Origin: a virus
Lineage: Duplodnaviria; Heunggongvirae; Uroviricota; Caudoviricetes
Length of the DNA: 37,712 nucleotides
Strand: one strand, 5' to 3'
Virus record (IMG/VR): IMGVR_UViG_2700989168_000004
Positions 7,384-15,901 of this stretch are shown here, in pieces. Both the position numbers and the translations under genes were made by a program. The notes under the pieces were generated by a model, which saw nothing but the letters and a program-made list of their open reading frames with translations, had not been told where the DNA came from and made no database searches. Numbering within the stretch: position 1 is the stretch's first letter; each line of letters starts with the position of its first letter.

Positions 7384-7706
7384 CGACGTTAACTCAATGC
7401 CAGCAGCAGGTGCTGGATATGCTGATTTCTTATCAGAAAGAACGTGGCTTCCCGCCAACCAATCAGGAGGTGGCAACCATGCTGGGATACCGTTCGGTGA
7501 ATGCAGCGGTGGAGCATCTTCGCGCACTGGAGAAAAAAGGCGTCATCACGATAAAGCGTGGCGTGGCCCGGGGGATAACGCTTCATACCGCGGTGAAGGA
7601 CGACGACAGCGAGGCGGTCGGGATTATCCGCGCACTGCTTGCCGGTGAGGAAAACGCAAGGCTGCGTGCAACCCACTGGTTACATGAGAGGGACCTGAAA
7701 GTATGA
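7380..7706 (+). CDS. LexA-like DNA-binding domain protein lacking the S24 peptidase domain
   Basis: N-terminal 70 aa align by eye with the LexA winged-helix DBD (LexA ...[35 protein letters not shown] vs here FPPTNQEVATMLGYRSVNAAVEHLRALEKKGVITI); only 108 aa total. Confidence 0.6.
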   Translation: MTTLTQCQQQVLDMLISYQKERGFPPTNQEVATMLGYRSVNAAVEHLRALEKKGVITIKRGVARGITLHTAVKDDDSEAVGIIRALLAGEENARLRATHWLHERDLKV

Positions 7707-8092
7707 AGCTGATCCTGCCTTTTCCGCCCAGCGTGAACACGTACTGGCGACACCCCAACAAAGGGGCGTTTGCTGGTAAGAGCCTGATAAGCGCGGCGGG
7801 GCGAAAATTCCAGAGCGCGGCGTGCGCAGCAATAGTTGAGCAGTTACGTCGTCTGCCGAAACCAACGTCGGCACCTGCTTCAGTGGAGATCGTGTTGTTT
7901 CCTCCGGATAACCGGATCCGCGATCTGGACAACTATAACAAGGCGCTGTTTGACGCCCTGACTCACGCTGGTGTGTGGGAAGACGACAGTCAGGTGAAAA
8001 GAATGCTGGTGGAGTGGGGACCGGTTATCCCGGAAGGGAAGGTCGAGATCACTATCAGTAAGTACGAGAAAACGGCGGGTGCAGCCGCCTGA
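7703..8092 (+). CDS. rusA: RusA-family Holliday junction resolvase
   Basis: About 120-aa core with the conserved acidic DLDN motif and typical position in the nin-like region. Confidence 0.85.
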   Translation: MKLILPFPPSVNTYWRHPNKGAFAGKSLISAAGRKFQSAACAAIVEQLRRLPKPTSAPASVEIVLFPPDNRIRDLDNYNKALFDALTHAGVWEDDSQVKRMLVEWGPVIPEGKVEITISKYEKTAGAAA

Positions 8093-8111
8093 TTAAGAGG
8101 AGAAACGAAGT

Positions 8112-8921
8112 ATGAATAATCTGATGGTCATTGATGGTATTGAAGTTCGTCGTGATGCTTATGGGCGTTACAGCCTGAACGATCTGCATCGCGCAGCAGT
8201 AGCATCTGGTGCAAATGCCAGAACCAAGGAGCCGGGAAAGTTTCTTTCCAGCCAACAAACTGTTGAGCTTGTTCATGAATTGACCAACACCCAGAATTTG
8301 GGTGTTGACCCGGTGAGTGTGATTCATGGGGGAAATGAACGGGGAACGTATGTCTGCAAGGAACTGGTGTATGCCTATGCAATGTGGATCAGCCCGTCAT
8401 TCCATCTGAAGGTGATCCGTACTTTCGATATGGTAACCAGCGCACCGGAAAAATTATCCGGACAGGCTGCTGACAAGATGCAGGCTGGCGTGATCCTGCT
8501 GGACTTTATGCGCCGGGAGTTAAACCTGTCTAACTCTTCAGTGCTTGGTGCCTGTCAGAAACTCCAGGAGGCTGTTGGCTTACCGAATCTGGCACCGCGC
8601 TATGCCATTGATGCTCCTGCTGACGCGCCTGATGGCTCAAGCCGCCCCACGCTGTCACTGAGTGCACTGCTGAAGCAGTATGGTATCCGCCTAACAGCTA
8701 ATCAGGCATATCACCAGATGGTGAAACTGGGGATCGTCGAGCAGCGCGAACGATACAGCCGTACCGCGATTAACAACATCAAAAAATTCTGGTCGCTGAC
8801 AGCGAAAGGCTGCATGTTCGGCAAGAACATCACCAGTCCCGCAAATCCGCGCGAGACGCAGCCGCACTTCTTCGAATCCCGATTCCCTGAGCTGTTAAAG
8901 CTGCTCGATACCGTTCATTGA
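8112..8921 (+). CDS. KilA-N domain protein (putative antirepressor-like)
   Basis: N-terminal segment MNNLMVIDGIEVRRDAYGRYSLNDLHRAA resembles KilA-N domains; 269 aa. Confidence 0.55.
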   Translation: MNNLMVIDGIEVRRDAYGRYSLNDLHRAAVASGANARTKEPGKFLSSQQTVELVHELTNTQNLGVDPVSVIHGGNERGTYVCKELVYAYAMWISPSFHLKVIRTFDMVTSAPEKLSGQAADKMQAGVILLDFMRRELNLSNSSVLGACQKLQEAVGLPNLAPRYAIDAPADAPDGSSRPTLSLSALLKQYGIRLTANQAYHQMVKLGIVEQRERYSRTAINNIKKFWSLTAKGCMFGKNITSPANPRETQPHFFESRFPELLKLLDTVH

Positions 8922-8922
8922 G

Positions 8923-9918
8923 GTGACCGTGAGAGCACTACTGACCCCTGAAATTGCCCCGCGTATGGGGATCGTATTGTTCAGACCAGGTTCAGAGCTG
9001 ATGCCCCTGTTTATGCAGGGGCGTGTCCTGCTGGAGCCTGAGCCGGAACGTTATTCATCTTTCGCCAGTGGTGCTGTTCCGGCGGCATCACAACCGCTGG
9101 CGGATGATCCTGCCGTTCGGGCCGTGTTCCGCAATGAGGCAGTGATCCGTCGTGCTGGTGGCGTGGAATGTCTTGAAAGCTGGTTACTTCGTGAAAAAGG
9201 CTGCCAGTGGCCTCATTCCGACTGGCACAGCGAGAACATGACCACAATGCGACACGCGCCGGGTGCAATCCGTCTGTGCTGGCACTGCGATAACCAGCTG
9301 CGCGATCAGTTCACGGAACGGCTGGAATCAATGGCAACGGATAACTGTGCCCGCTGGGTGTTGTCTGTTGTGCGTCGGGATCTCGGTTTTGATGACAGTC
9401 ACGTTGTGACAATGCCGGAACTGTGCTGGTGGCTGGTTCGTAATGACCTGGCGGGAGCCTTGCCGGAAAGTGCAGCCCGTAAGGCACTGAGATTACCGAA
9501 GCCTGTTGTGCCGTCTGTCACCCGGGAAAGTGACCTTGTTCCTTCGGTTCCTGCCACCAGCATCATCCAGGATAAAGTGAAAAAGGTGCTGGCGCTGAAA
9601 GTGGATCCGGAGTCGCCGGAGTCTTTTATGTTACGCCCAAAACGTCGCCGCTGGGTTAACGAAAAGTACACGCGCTGGGTTAAGACACAGCCGTGTGCAT
9701 GTTGTGGAAAGCCTGCTGATGATCCCCACCACCTGATAGGCCACGGTCAGGGCGGAATGGGTACAAAAGCGCATGACCTCTTTGTATTGCCTTTGTGCAG
9801 AAAGCATCACGACGAGCTGCATGCGGATACCGCGGCATTTGAAGAGAAGTATGGCTCCCAGCTGGAGTTGATATTTCGTTTTATCGATCGTGCGCTGGCA
9901 ACTGGCGTGCTGGCCTGA
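8923..9918 (+). CDS. DUF968-family protein with C-terminal Cys/His (HNH-like) motif
   Basis: C-terminal [21 protein letters not shown]...CRKHHDELH pattern; start codon uncertain (GTG at 8923 or 8929, ATG at 8965). Confidence 0.5.
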   Translation: MTVRALLTPEIAPRMGIVLFRPGSELMPLFMQGRVLLEPEPERYSSFASGAVPAASQPLADDPAVRAVFRNEAVIRRAGGVECLESWLLREKGCQWPHSDWHSENMTTMRHAPGAIRLCWHCDNQLRDQFTERLESMATDNCARWVLSVVRRDLGFDDSHVVTMPELCWWLVRNDLAGALPESAARKALRLPKPVVPSVTRESDLVPSVPATSIIQDKVKKVLALKVDPESPESFMLRPKRRRWVNEKYTRWVKTQPCACCGKPADDPHHLIGHGQGGMGTKAHDLFVLPLCRKHHDELHADTAAFEEKYGSQLELIFRFIDRALATGVLA

Positions 9919-9935
9919 TTTTGTGGAGAAAGTTG

Positions 9936-10313
9936 ATGCGTGATATTCAGATGGTTCTTGAGCGTTGGGGAGCGTGGGCGGCTAATAATCATGAAGATGT
10001 GACCTGGTCGTCCATTGCCGCCGGTTTTAAGGGATTAATTCCTTCAAAAGTAAAATCTCGCCCACAATGTTGTGACGATGACGCGATGATCATTTGCGGG
10101 TGCATGGCCCGTCTGAAAAAGAACAACAGCGATTTGCATGATTTATTGGTGGACTATTATGTCGGCGGCATGACTTTTATGGCGCTTGCACGTAAGCATG
10201 GGCGATCTGATTGTTGGGTTGGCAGGATGCTCCAGAAAGCTGAGGGCGTAGTGGAGGGTATGCTGATGGTGTTGGATCTCCGATTGGAGATGGATGCTGA
10301 TTGTTCGAAATAA
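9936..10313 (+). CDS. late-gene antitermination protein Q
   Basis: About 125 aa with conserved Cys cluster ([16 protein letters not shown]), located immediately upstream of a short leader plus terminator and the late region; GGAGA RBS before ATG 9936. Confidence 0.75.
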   Translation: MRDIQMVLERWGAWAANNHEDVTWSSIAAGFKGLIPSKVKSRPQCCDDDAMIICGCMARLKKNNSDLHDLLVDYYVGGMTFMALARKHGRSDCWVGRMLQKAEGVVEGMLMVLDLRLEMDADCSK

Positions 10314-10412
10314 TTAAAGGAAAAGTTGCTGTCTGATTGTCATTAGTCTAACATTTTAAATGTTGGAATCGCAACGTAGTTATTACCATATAACAGCTTG
10401 TTTCCTGATTTA

Positions 10413-10441
10413 GCCAGCCTCCCCAAAGGCTGGTTTTTTTC
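10413..10441 (+). terminator. tR'-type rho-independent terminator downstream of the Q gene (late promoter/qut region at about 10320-10410)
   Basis: Stem CCAGCC / GGCTGG with 8-nt loop followed by TTTTTTTCT. Confidence 0.6.
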
Positions 10442-10468
10442 TAATAAGTATTATTTCGGGTAGGGATT

Positions 10469-10993
10469 TTATTGTTTAACCCATAATAATTCATTGACAT
10501 TGAATCCCAACTTTTGAGCGGTTCGCACATAGTCTGCTTTTACTTTATCTGGAATAGTTGGGGTCCTTGCCAGAATCCATAGGTATTCTCTGTTCGGACC
10601 ACTGACAAGAGCATACTTATACTCATCATCCAGTTTGATTACATTATAGCCACCATAGAAGGGGCCAAAAAACGAAACCTTCAATGCTGCAGTTTTAGTA
10701 TCTCCAGTAAAGTATGCTTTACCTTCGCTCTCGCTCCATTTATTTTTCGTTGGATCGTATCCACGGTTAAGTACACGAATCCCTCCGTCGTTCCGTTTTC
10801 CATAAGTAGCGCTGACCTGTTCCAGATCACGTTCGAACCGGTTCTCGAGGCGAGCTATTTCATACCATTTTCCGAGGTAGCGGTTGGCGTCAAAATTTGT
10901 AATCGGCTGCACACCTTTAGGTGGTGTCGGGGCCTTACATGCTATAAGAGTGAAAGAGAGTGCAATGCCAGTCAACACAGGCCATAACTTCAT
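10469..10993 (-). CDS. blc: outer-membrane lipocalin (Blc homolog) lipoprotein
   Basis: Signal peptide with lipobox (LIAC), and long colinear matches to E. coli Blc as recalled (NFDAxRYLGxWYEIAR, KVSFFGPFYGGYNVI, YLWILxRTP). Confidence 0.9.
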   Translation of the reverse strand: MKLWPVLTGIALSFTLIACKAPTPPKGVQPITNFDANRYLGKWYEIARLENRFERDLEQVSATYGKRNDGGIRVLNRGYDPTKNKWSESEGKAYFTGDTKTAALKVSFFGPFYGGYNVIKLDDEYKYALVSGPNREYLWILARTPTIPDKVKADYVRTAQKLGFNVNELLWVKQ

Positions 10994-11185
10994 AATAAAT
11001 CCTGTACTTTTGATAGTTGAGAGTAAGTATGAAAGATAGATGATTACGACCGATCACTTAAAGAACTTTCATACTATATTAGGAATAGTCCATAACAGAA
11101 AAATTGTCAGTGATGACGCCAGAAAGGCAATTTATTCCGTGCACTACACAGTTTATGTGTTAATGAATTAGTCAAGGGGGAGAAT

Positions 11186-12145
11186 ATGATAAAAAAACCT
11201 GTGATTGGAATCAGCGGTTGTTTGGCCGGTTCTGCTGTTCGTTTTGATGGTGGTCACAAAAGAGCTGACTTTTTAATGGACAAATTAGTGGAATGGGTAA
11301 CATTCAGACCAGTATGTCCGGAAATGGCTATAGGGCTGCCAGTTCCGCGTCCTGCTCTACGTCTTGTGCGCTCGACGCAAGGAAATATACGGATGTGTTT
11401 CAGCCACGACCAGAATGAGGATGTGACAGAGAGAATGACAGAGTTTAGTCGTTCTTATATGGACAAATTAAAGGATGTATCGGGGTTTGTGGTTTGTGCT
11501 AAATCTCCCAGCTGTGGCATGGAGCGCGTGCGTGTCTATGATGAAAATGGTAATCGAGGTCGTAAAGATGGAGTGGGACTATTTACGAGTACTTTGATGG
11601 AAAAGTTTTCCTGGCTACCGGTTGAAGAGGATGGGCGATTACATGATCCAGTGCTTCGTGAGAATTTTGTTGAAAGAGTTTTTGCTTTGCATGAGCTCAA
11701 TCACCTTTACAAGGAGAAATTATCAAGAAGAGAGTTATTAGCTTTTCATAGTCGTTATAAGCTTCAGTTGTTGTCGCATAGTCAGGCAGGCTATAAAGAT
11801 ATGGGACCATTTGTGGCTGCAATACACGAGTGGGCGGACCTTGAATCATACTTTGAGGTGTATCGTGATAAGCTGATGGCGATTCTCAGAAAACCTGCAT
11901 CACGTAAAAATCACACGAATGTGCTGATGCATATACAGGGGTATTTTAGTAACTACTTAAGTACACGCCAGCGTAAAGAGTTGAGCGAGGTTATACTTAA
12001 CTATCGTTCTGGCACATTACCTCTTCTTGCGCCGTTGACTCTGCTGAAGCATTATCTGGGTGAGTATCCTAATGATTACTTGCTTACACAGAATTACTTC
12101 GATCCCTATCCGGACGAACTGGCTCTAAGACTGATGGTAAATTAA
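11186..12145 (+). CDS. DUF523 (TudS-like thiouracil desulfurase family) - DUF1722 fusion protein (tentative)
   Basis: N-terminal GISGCLAG..VRFDGG and further conserved Cys residues resemble DUF523; C-terminal half resembles YbgA/DUF1722; RBS GGGGGAG before ATG. Confidence 0.5.
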   Translation: MIKKPVIGISGCLAGSAVRFDGGHKRADFLMDKLVEWVTFRPVCPEMAIGLPVPRPALRLVRSTQGNIRMCFSHDQNEDVTERMTEFSRSYMDKLKDVSGFVVCAKSPSCGMERVRVYDENGNRGRKDGVGLFTSTLMEKFSWLPVEEDGRLHDPVLRENFVERVFALHELNHLYKEKLSRRELLAFHSRYKLQLLSHSQAGYKDMGPFVAAIHEWADLESYFEVYRDKLMAILRKPASRKNHTNVLMHIQGYFSNYLSTRQRKELSEVILNYRSGTLPLLAPLTLLKHYLGEYPNDYLLTQNYFDPYPDELALRLMVN

Positions 12146-12496
12146 TTGTATGCGATATCATCCAAAAGGATGAGTTCCTGCATGCAGGATATTTACAATC
12201 GTAAAAACTACACTATGATACCCAGAGTGTCAGTTTGTATAAAAACTCTGTTTACGCTGAAGAAACAATTGAGATGCAACTTAAAGTTGGTAAACATGCC
12301 AGTCAAAATATATAATATTATGATTCCACGCAGCTATATATAATATAACAGATTGGTTTAATAATTTGTCTTTGTGAGTTAAATACATAATTTTATACTT
12401 GTGATGCAATGAAATTTTCCTTATTGTTGAACTTGCGAATATTGATTTTCCACCTATACTTACCTGGTGTAACCCCAATGATATCAGGTGGATAAT

Positions 12497-13228
12497 ATGC
12501 CATACATATGTTCTATCATTTTGGTGTTGAACTCGTTTGATGTCCGAATTGGTAAAGAAGATATTTTGTTTAAAAAAGGAAGTGCTGTTCTCATTGATTA
12601 CAATTTAAAAGATTTTTTTTCATCAAATATAGATCATGTAATGATCGTAGATGTTGAAGAGAAAACAGTTAATGATTTCTTTAAAAGCAACACACTCTCA
12701 CCTTTTTCTGTAAGAAGGTTTTATCCGGCATACTTGATGGTGGAATGTGAAGATTTTTCATTGTTAAAGAACTTGATTGCATGCTTGAATTGTGATGGCA
12801 GAACTGTGGATTTTGTTAGAAATCAAATATCACTTGCATGTCTTGCTATCTTATCTTCAGAGAAAATAGTGCAAAGTTTTTTATTTGGATGTCTTAATAG
12901 TTTAGGAAGTAAAGTTAAGGCTATTATTCACACGGATATATCTGCAGCATGGAGACTTTGTGATATATCTTCAAGACTGTATCTGAGTGAAAGTCTGTTA
13001 AAAAGAAAATTAAAGCACGAAGGCTTATCATTTAGTAAGTTAATTCTTGAAGAGCGAATGGTGATGGCGGAAAGGTTATTAAGCTACAATTTATATTCTG
13101 TTGGAAAAGTTGCTGAGATATGCGGTTATGAAAACACGTCATATTTTGTGAGTGTTTTCAGAAGATATTTTGGTGTTCCTCCCCATCAATATTCATCAAG
13201 ATTTTTTTTAGAAAAAGACATGATGTAA
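12497..13228 (+). CDS. AraC-family transcriptional regulator
   Basis: C-terminal dual-HTH AraC signature (...KVAEICGYENTSYFVSVFRRYFGVPPHQY); gene is strongly AT-rich; ATG 12497 after AGGTGG. Confidence 0.85.
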   Translation: MPYICSIILVLNSFDVRIGKEDILFKKGSAVLIDYNLKDFFSSNIDHVMIVDVEEKTVNDFFKSNTLSPFSVRRFYPAYLMVECEDFSLLKNLIACLNCDGRTVDFVRNQISLACLAILSSEKIVQSFLFGCLNSLGSKVKAIIHTDISAAWRLCDISSRLYLSESLLKRKLKHEGLSFSKLILEERMVMAERLLSYNLYSVGKVAEICGYENTSYFVSVFRRYFGVPPHQYSSRFFLEKDMM

Positions 13229-13289
13229 CGTGATGCGTTTTAATGATTTTGTAATTTTCGTATTTGATAATTGTATGATGCTTTCAGCT

Positions 13290-13321
13290 ACGCCAGAATA
13301 ATCGCTGGCGTTTTTCTTTTT
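13290..13321 (+). terminator. rho-independent terminator after the AraC-family gene
   Basis: Stem ACGCCAG / CTGGCGT followed by TTTTTCTTTTT. Confidence 0.6.
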
Positions 13322-13416
13322 GAATAGATGTTCAAGCCTTACGCTAATGTAACTTCTATACCTTTCCTCTTCGTTCCGAACCGTGTACACCATCCGTTAT
13401 TTGCGGAGGTGAGGCT

Positions 13417-13632
13417 ATGAAATCTATGGATAAGTTAACAACGGGCATTGCCTACGGCACCTCCGCAGGCAGTGCTGGCTACTGGTTTTTACAGCTGCTC
13501 GATAAAGTCACGCCCTCACAGTGGGCAGCAATAGGTGTGCTGGGTAGCCTGGTATTTGGCCTGCTGACGTACCTGACAAACCTTTATTTCAAGATTAAAG
13601 AAGATAAGCGCAAGGCTGCGAGAGGTGAATAA
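13417..13632 (+). CDS. pinholin (phage 21 S21-type class II holin) with dual-start motif
   Basis: Near-identical by recall to S21 ([24 protein letters not shown]...KAARGE); two Met codons (M1, M4) as in antiholin/holin S2171/S2168. Confidence 0.9.
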   Translation: MKSMDKLTTGIAYGTSAGSAGYWFLQLLDKVTPSQWAAIGVLGSLVFGLLTYLTNLYFKIKEDKRKAARGE

Positions 13633-14129
13633 TGCCTCCATCATTACGAAAAGCCGTTGCTGCGGCTATTGGTGGCGGGGCTATTGCTATAGCATCTGTG
13701 TTAATCACTGGCCCAAGTGGTAACGATGGTCTGGAAGGCGTCAGCTACATACCATATAAAGATATCGTTGGTGTATGGACTGTATGTTACGGGCATACCG
13801 GAAAAGACATTATGCTCGGTAAAACGTATACCGAAGCAGAATGCAAAGCCCTCCTGAATAAAGACCTTGCCACTGTCGCCAGACAAATTAACCCGTACAT
13901 CAAAGTCGATATACCGGAAACAACGCGCGGCGCTCTTTACTCGTTCGTTTACAACGTTGGTGCTGGAAATTTCAGAACATCGACACTTCTTCGCAAAATA
14001 AACCAGGGCGATATCAAAGGCGCATGTGATCAGCTACGGCGCTGGACATACGCTGGCGGTAAGCAATGGAAAGGGCTGATGACTCGCCGTGAGATTGAGC
14101 GTGAAGTCTGTTTGTGGGGGCAACAATGA
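13632..14129 (+). CDS. SAR (signal-anchor-release) endolysin, lysozyme family
   Basis: N-terminal hydrophobic Gly/Ala-rich SAR segment followed by lysozyme catalytic region; start overlaps holin stop (TAATG). Confidence 0.9.
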   Translation: MPPSLRKAVAAAIGGGAIAIASVLITGPSGNDGLEGVSYIPYKDIVGVWTVCYGHTGKDIMLGKTYTEAECKALLNKDLATVARQINPYIKVDIPETTRGALYSFVYNVGAGNFRTSTLLRKINQGDIKGACDQLRRWTYAGGKQWKGLMTRREIEREVCLWGQQ

Positions 14130-14569
14130 GTAGAGTAACCGCGATTATCTCCGCTCTGGTTATCAGCATCATCGTCTGCCTGTCATGGGCTGTTAATCAT
14201 TACCGTGATAACGCCATGACCTACAAAGAACAGCGCGACAAAGCCACATCCATCATCGCTGACATGCAGAAGCGTCAACATGATGTAGCTGAACTCGACG
14301 CCAGATACACAAAGGAGCTTGCTGATGCTAACGCGACTATCGAAAGTCTTCGTGCTGATGTTTCTGCTGGTCGTAAGTGGCTGCACGTCAAAGCAGTCTG
14401 TCCGGACAAGCATAAAACCACCGCCGCCTCCGGCGTGGATGATGCTTCCAGCCCCAGACTTACTGACACCGCTCAACGGGATTATTTCGTTCTCAGAGAG
14501 CGCATCGAAACCATAACTAACCAATTGAATGGCCTGCAAGAATATGTGAGATCACAGTGTTCATATTAG
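14126..14569 (+). CDS. i-spanin Rz
   Basis: N-terminal TM segment, coiled-coil-rich body, directly after the endolysin (ATGA overlap); contains embedded Rz1 frame. Confidence 0.8.
   Translation: MSRVTAIISALVISIIVCLSWAVNHYRDNAMTYKEQRDKATSIIADMQKRQHDVAELDARYTKELADANATIESLRADVSAGRKWLHVKAVCPDKHKTTAASGVDDASSPRLTDTAQRDYFVLRERIETITNQLNGLQEYVRSQCSY
14358..14516 (+). CDS. o-spanin Rz1 (lipoprotein) embedded in the +1 frame of Rz
   Basis: Signal peptide with lipobox (VVSGC) followed by proline-rich segment ([10 protein letters not shown]); entirely inside Rz. Confidence 0.7.
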   Translation: MFLLVVSGCTSKQSVRTSIKPPPPPAWMMLPAPDLLTPLNGIISFSESASKP

Positions 14570-14607
14570 AAAAGTCTTATCATAAGATTTTTGTATATGG
14601 ATGCATT

Positions 14608-14982
14608 ATGTCTCAATACGCTCACGTTGCTTTAATCGCTTATCATTTGGTGGCTGATAGCTCAATGACTCCTCGTGATGCATGGGATGCAGCTATCGCA
14701 GAGGTTACAGAAAGCGAATCGTCAAGAAAGAAGATATGCCCAAGGGCAACATTTCTCGCCCTGGCGGATAGCGGTTACCTGAAGAATGTAAAACCACTGC
14801 ATGGGGAGAAAAAAGGCGGTAAGTTGTACCAAAGGGCAATTGAAGTTGCGAATCTGATTCTTGATTTACCCGGAATCAGTAAAGCTGAATTGGTTGATAA
14901 AACTGGTTACAAAGACAGGCAAGGGTCTTATGACCTGATTCTCGCTCTGTATCATCATGAGCAACTCCAGCGATCGGAATAA
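14608..14982 (+). CDS. hypothetical 124-aa protein (unknown function)
   Basis: ORF between spanins and packaging genes; the track start at 14557 is a GTG overlapping Rz, so ATG 14608 is preferred; no motif recognised. Confidence 0.45.
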   Translation: MSQYAHVALIAYHLVADSSMTPRDAWDAAIAEVTESESSRKKICPRATFLALADSGYLKNVKPLHGEKKGGKLYQRAIEVANLILDLPGISKAELVDKTGYKDRQGSYDLILALYHHEQLQRSE

Positions 14983-15099
14983 TTATCCCAGCATCAGTGT
15001 CAAAAATAGGCAGTGATACGCTATTTTCCTGAAAATACTTTACTAACATTTTATGAGAATTATCCTAGTAATGTGTTTATTTAAAAGGAGTTTGGGTTT

Positions 15100-15303
15100 A
15101 TGAAAATTCTCTGGGTCATCAGTCTTTTGTGTAGTGCTATTGGATTTATTGAAGGAATCCTCGGGGTTTTCGGTGCTCAGAGTGCTCCACAACAGGCTGC
15201 AGGTGCAGCAATGGGAGTAGCATGGGCAGTTATTCCATATTGTATTTGTCGTGCTATCCAACAATTGCGCCCTCGAGAAGTCATTATTAAAAAGGAAGAA
15301 TGA
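15100..15303 (+). CDS. hypothetical small membrane protein (67 aa, two predicted TM helices)
   Basis: GGAG RBS before ATG; two hydrophobic stretches and a basic C-terminus; preceded by an AT-rich promoter-like spacer. Confidence 0.45.
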   Translation: MKILWVISLLCSAIGFIEGILGVFGAQSAPQQAAGAAMGVAWAVIPYCICRAIQQLRPREVIIKKEE

Positions 15304-15368
15304 CCAGATCTTATCCGGTGTTTTTTCTGTCTAAGCCTCGCGTCGCGGGGCTTTTTATTGGAGCCAGC

Positions 15369-15776
15369 ATGCCACCACGAACCCCAAAAGCCTGCCGTGT
15401 TCGCGGCTGCCGCCATACCACAACTGNNNNNNNNNNNNNNNNNNNNNNNNNNNNNNNNNNNNNNNNNNNNNNNNNNNNNNNNNNNNNNNNNNNNNNNNNN
15501 NNNNNNNNNNNNNNNNNNNNNNNNNAGCAATACAAGCCGGGCCAGTCCAGACACCAGCGCGGTTATGGTTCGAAATGGGATGTTATCCGTGAACGTGTGC
15601 TCAAGCGTGACAAAGGACTGTGTCAGTTATGTCTGCGTGGTGGTGTGGTACGTGAGGCGAAAACCGTTGACCACATCATCCCTAAAGCGCATGGCGGCAC
15701 TGATGCCGACAGCAATCTGCAGAGCCTGTGCTGGCCGTGTCATAAGGCGAAGACGGCCCGTGAACGGTTGAAGTAA
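15369..15776 (+). CDS. phage HNH endonuclease (packaging-associated); interrupted by N run 15427-15525
   Basis: C-terminal HNH motif (VDHIIPKAHGG...N...CWPCH); N-terminal CRVRGC zinc-finger-like start; immediately upstream of terminase genes. Confidence 0.8.
   Translation: MPPRTPKACRVRGCRHTTTXXXXXXXXXXXXXXXXXXXXXXXXXXXXXXXXXXQYKPGQSRHQRGYGSKWDVIRERVLKRDKGLCQLCLRGGVVREAKTVDHIIPKAHGGTDADSNLQSLCWPCHKAKTARERLK
15427..15525. other. run of 99 N (assembly gap or masked bases)
   Basis: Literal n characters in the sequence. Confidence 1.
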
Positions 15777-15800
15777 GAACCAGTTCCCACTGCCAGAGGG

Positions 15801-15862
15801 GAGGGGCGGGTCAAATCCCTGTGACCTGACGTCTTCCGGACTGCCCGCCCCGTCGTTTTTTT
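15801..15862 (+). terminator. GC-rich stem (GGGCGGG / CCCGCCC) with long loop and T tract; possible terminator or cos-region element upstream of terminase
   Basis: Inverted repeat 15804-15810 / 15844-15850 followed by GTCGTTTTTTTA. Confidence 0.3.
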
Positions 15863-15901
15863 ATACCCGCGAAAAATGAAATTTAACCAGGAGTGCCGCA
15901 T

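Noticed and set aside
6490-7932. Antisense ORFs across Dam, LexA-like and RusA genes (6501..6773, 6946..7527, 7389..7676, 7624..7932 and others)
   Set aside because: No RBS, low-complexity products, overlap with genes carrying clear catalytic motifs.
12146-12478. Two 65-aa ORFs in the AT-rich spacer before the AraC gene
   Set aside because: Extremely AT-rich with Ile/Lys/Asn-rich products and no RBS; more likely promoter/regulatory DNA.
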